Shown one piece after another: positions 62,559 to 64,000 of a stretch of DNA of 64,000 nucleotides (the first letter of the stretch is position 1; each line of letters starts with the position of its first letter). The stretch is from NCBI GenBank assembly GCA_009859145.1, contig VRVR01000009.1, positions 251,500 to 315,499 of the forward strand, written 5' to 3'. Made by a program: the position numbers and the translations under genes. Under the pieces are notes generated by a model that had not been told where the DNA came from, searched no databases, and saw only the letters and a list, made by a program, of their open reading frames with translations. This DNA is from Andalucia godoyi And28 (taxonomy: Eukaryota > Protista > Jakobida).

Positions 62559-63854
62559 CTATGTATCGATCGCGTCCGAGGCTTCTCCAACGACTGCCAG
62601 TGCCTCCGTGCCAGCATCTTCAGACCCAAGAGTACTTGCACAGGATTGATGATGCTGCTGTTGTTGTTGATGTTGCTGCTGTTGTTGATGTTGCTGCTGC
62701 TGCTGCTGCTCCTCCAGTGTTCGCTGCAGTTTTTGAACAGTCTGCTCCAAGCGATCCAGCCTTCTTCCGACATTCTTTTCCAATGCACTTACGCGGTCGT
62801 CGATGCACGAACCGATTTTGCGTTCCAGCGAATCGAACTGAATGCGAAATGCAGACAAGACGCCTTCGAAGATTGGATGGTCGGCAATGGAACCTGTCCC
62901 TCTCCCAGGACCAGGGAGGAAGGAGGAGGAAGATTGCGAAGGTGTTGTTGACGATGACGACGACGATGCGGCTGGGCGATTGCCAAAGAGGCCAGCAAGC
63001 AAACCAGGAAGCGCGGCGGCCATACCCGCACCGGCTGTTGGGCTTGCAGGCATCTTTCCCTGCATAGACTCGATCAAAGGGTTCTTGGGGAGGATTGGAT
63101 CATCTAGTGTACCAGCGGCTGCAAAACAAATGATAATAATAATAATAATAATAATAATAAGCACGCAAAAATCATTGAAAGTCATTTTTGTGCAACGTGA
63201 ACTAAAGAGCGAGGCCAAAGAATAAGAAGAAGAAGGTGGGGACATACTGTCCATCGAGGATGGGTTACAGACAGGGCATTTCACATTCCTGACACTTCCT
63301 TCAAGAGAAATACGGACGACCTTCAACGCAGACTTGTCCACAAGTCCCATGAATCGGACAACGATACGCACAACATTTCGTGGTTGGTCCGGAAATACCG
63401 ATTGGCACAGCATGCTCGCAGGGTGGGAAGCAGAAGGATTCGGAACCCCCCGGATCGATCCCTGATAGAGATCGGTGCCCAGTACGTCGGACGTTGCAGA
63501 ATAGCAGACGTTTGAAACGTATATCTCCACAGACCGGGCATTCGATACGATTGAAATCCCGCGAAGATCGACCGCCGCAACGTGAGAGTCGCTCTTACTG
63601 CTGGCCGAAGGAGACAAGCCAGGTGCCAATAACACAATGGCAGGCCGTGGAGGAGCCGCATTCACAATTCCATCTGCATCGGTATCGGCACCAGGATTCA
63701 GTGGTGGCGGTAGAGGTGGGGTAAGAGTGACAAAATCATTGTCCGCAGCTAATTCCGTGTTCTGCGAGACTGCGGCGAGGCGAATTGCAGTCTCGGGAAT
63801 TCCTGTCCAAGAAGAAAACACGGACCAATAGCAGGATGCAGCACTGGCGGTCAT
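62559..63854 (-). CDS. PAAT/C10orf88 (DUF4506)-like protein; probable intron 63119-63247, about 388 aa spliced
   Basis: ISIVSNARSVEIY...Y.G..RG resembles the C10orf88 N-terminal motif as I recall it; C-terminal coiled coil. Intron GTATGT...TTGCAG is 129 nt with no stop codon. Confidence 0.55.
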   Translation of the reverse strand: MTASAASCYWSVFSSWTGIPETAIRLAAVSQNTELAADNDFVTLTPPLPPPLNPGADTDADGIVNAAPPRPAIVLLAPGLSPSASSKSDSHVAAVDLRGISIVSNARSVEIYVSNVCYSATSDVLGTDLYQGSIRGVPNPSASHPASMLCQSVFPDQPRNVVRIVVRFMGLVDKSALKVVRISLEGSVRNVKCPVCNPSSMDSMSPPSSSYSLASLFSSRCTKMTFNDFCVLIIIIIIIIIICFAAAGTLDDPILPKNPLIESMQGKMPASPTAGAGMAAALPGLLAGLFGNRPAASSSSSSTTPSQSSSSFLPGPGRGTGSIADHPIFEGVLSAFRIQFDSLERKIGSCIDDRVSALEKNVGRRLDRLEQTVQKLQRTLEEQQQQQQHQQQQQHQQQQQHHQSCASTLGSEDAGTEALAVVGEASDAIDT

Positions 63855-63941
63855 GGATCGTACACGCAATCGGCTGCTGAGATCTCGGGGCGGGTGGGCT
63901 GGAAACAGTATAAGTGTGCAAAAAGTCGGCACCCTTTGCAG

Positions 63942-63943
<2 letters not shown>

Positions 63944-63981
<38 letters not shown>
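63944..63981 (+). repeat. (CA)19 microsatellite
   Basis: Read directly. Confidence 0.95.
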
Positions 63982-63985
<4 letters not shown>

Positions 63986-64000
63986 AACGAACGAACAAAC

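Overview
Gene-dense eukaryotic (protist) nuclear DNA with the standard genetic code and about 26 protein-coding genes in 64 kb on both strands. There are no polycistronic same-strand clusters, and I recognised no rRNA, tRNA, CRISPR array or transposase. Introns are few and short (about 130-200 nt). The five coding introns rebuilt by hand (rpiB, SQLE, GRP94, a glycosyltransferase, PAAT-like) and one 5' intron in AASS all start with GTATGT. Intergenic DNA is rich in microsatellites. The compact, intron-poor layout plus RpiB and a NAF-domain CIPK suggest a free-living discoban such as a jakobid; this is inference only. Most genes are housekeeping (ATG2, QDPR, SEH1, RPS4, RPF2, SQLE, AASS, DDX46, GRP94, DRG1, DARS1, DDX27, mtHSP70). 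The main candidate for an undescribed system is a 1640-aa protein (53398-58320): predicted N-acylation and an IQ-like motif, then LRRs, a degenerate PP2C, ankyrin repeats, an NLP-type GAF-like domain and an intact Fic motif. It sits tail-to-tail with a degenerate HAD/FCP1-like protein. Also notable: a 54-nt element duplicated 21.6 kb apart downstream of two unrelated genes with a conserved hairpin, a 4E-T-like protein keeping four short motifs, telo-box motifs in the RPS4/RPF2 divergent promoter, and a long ORF at the left edge that the ORF track missed. All family assignments come from motif recognition by eye; no database searches were run.
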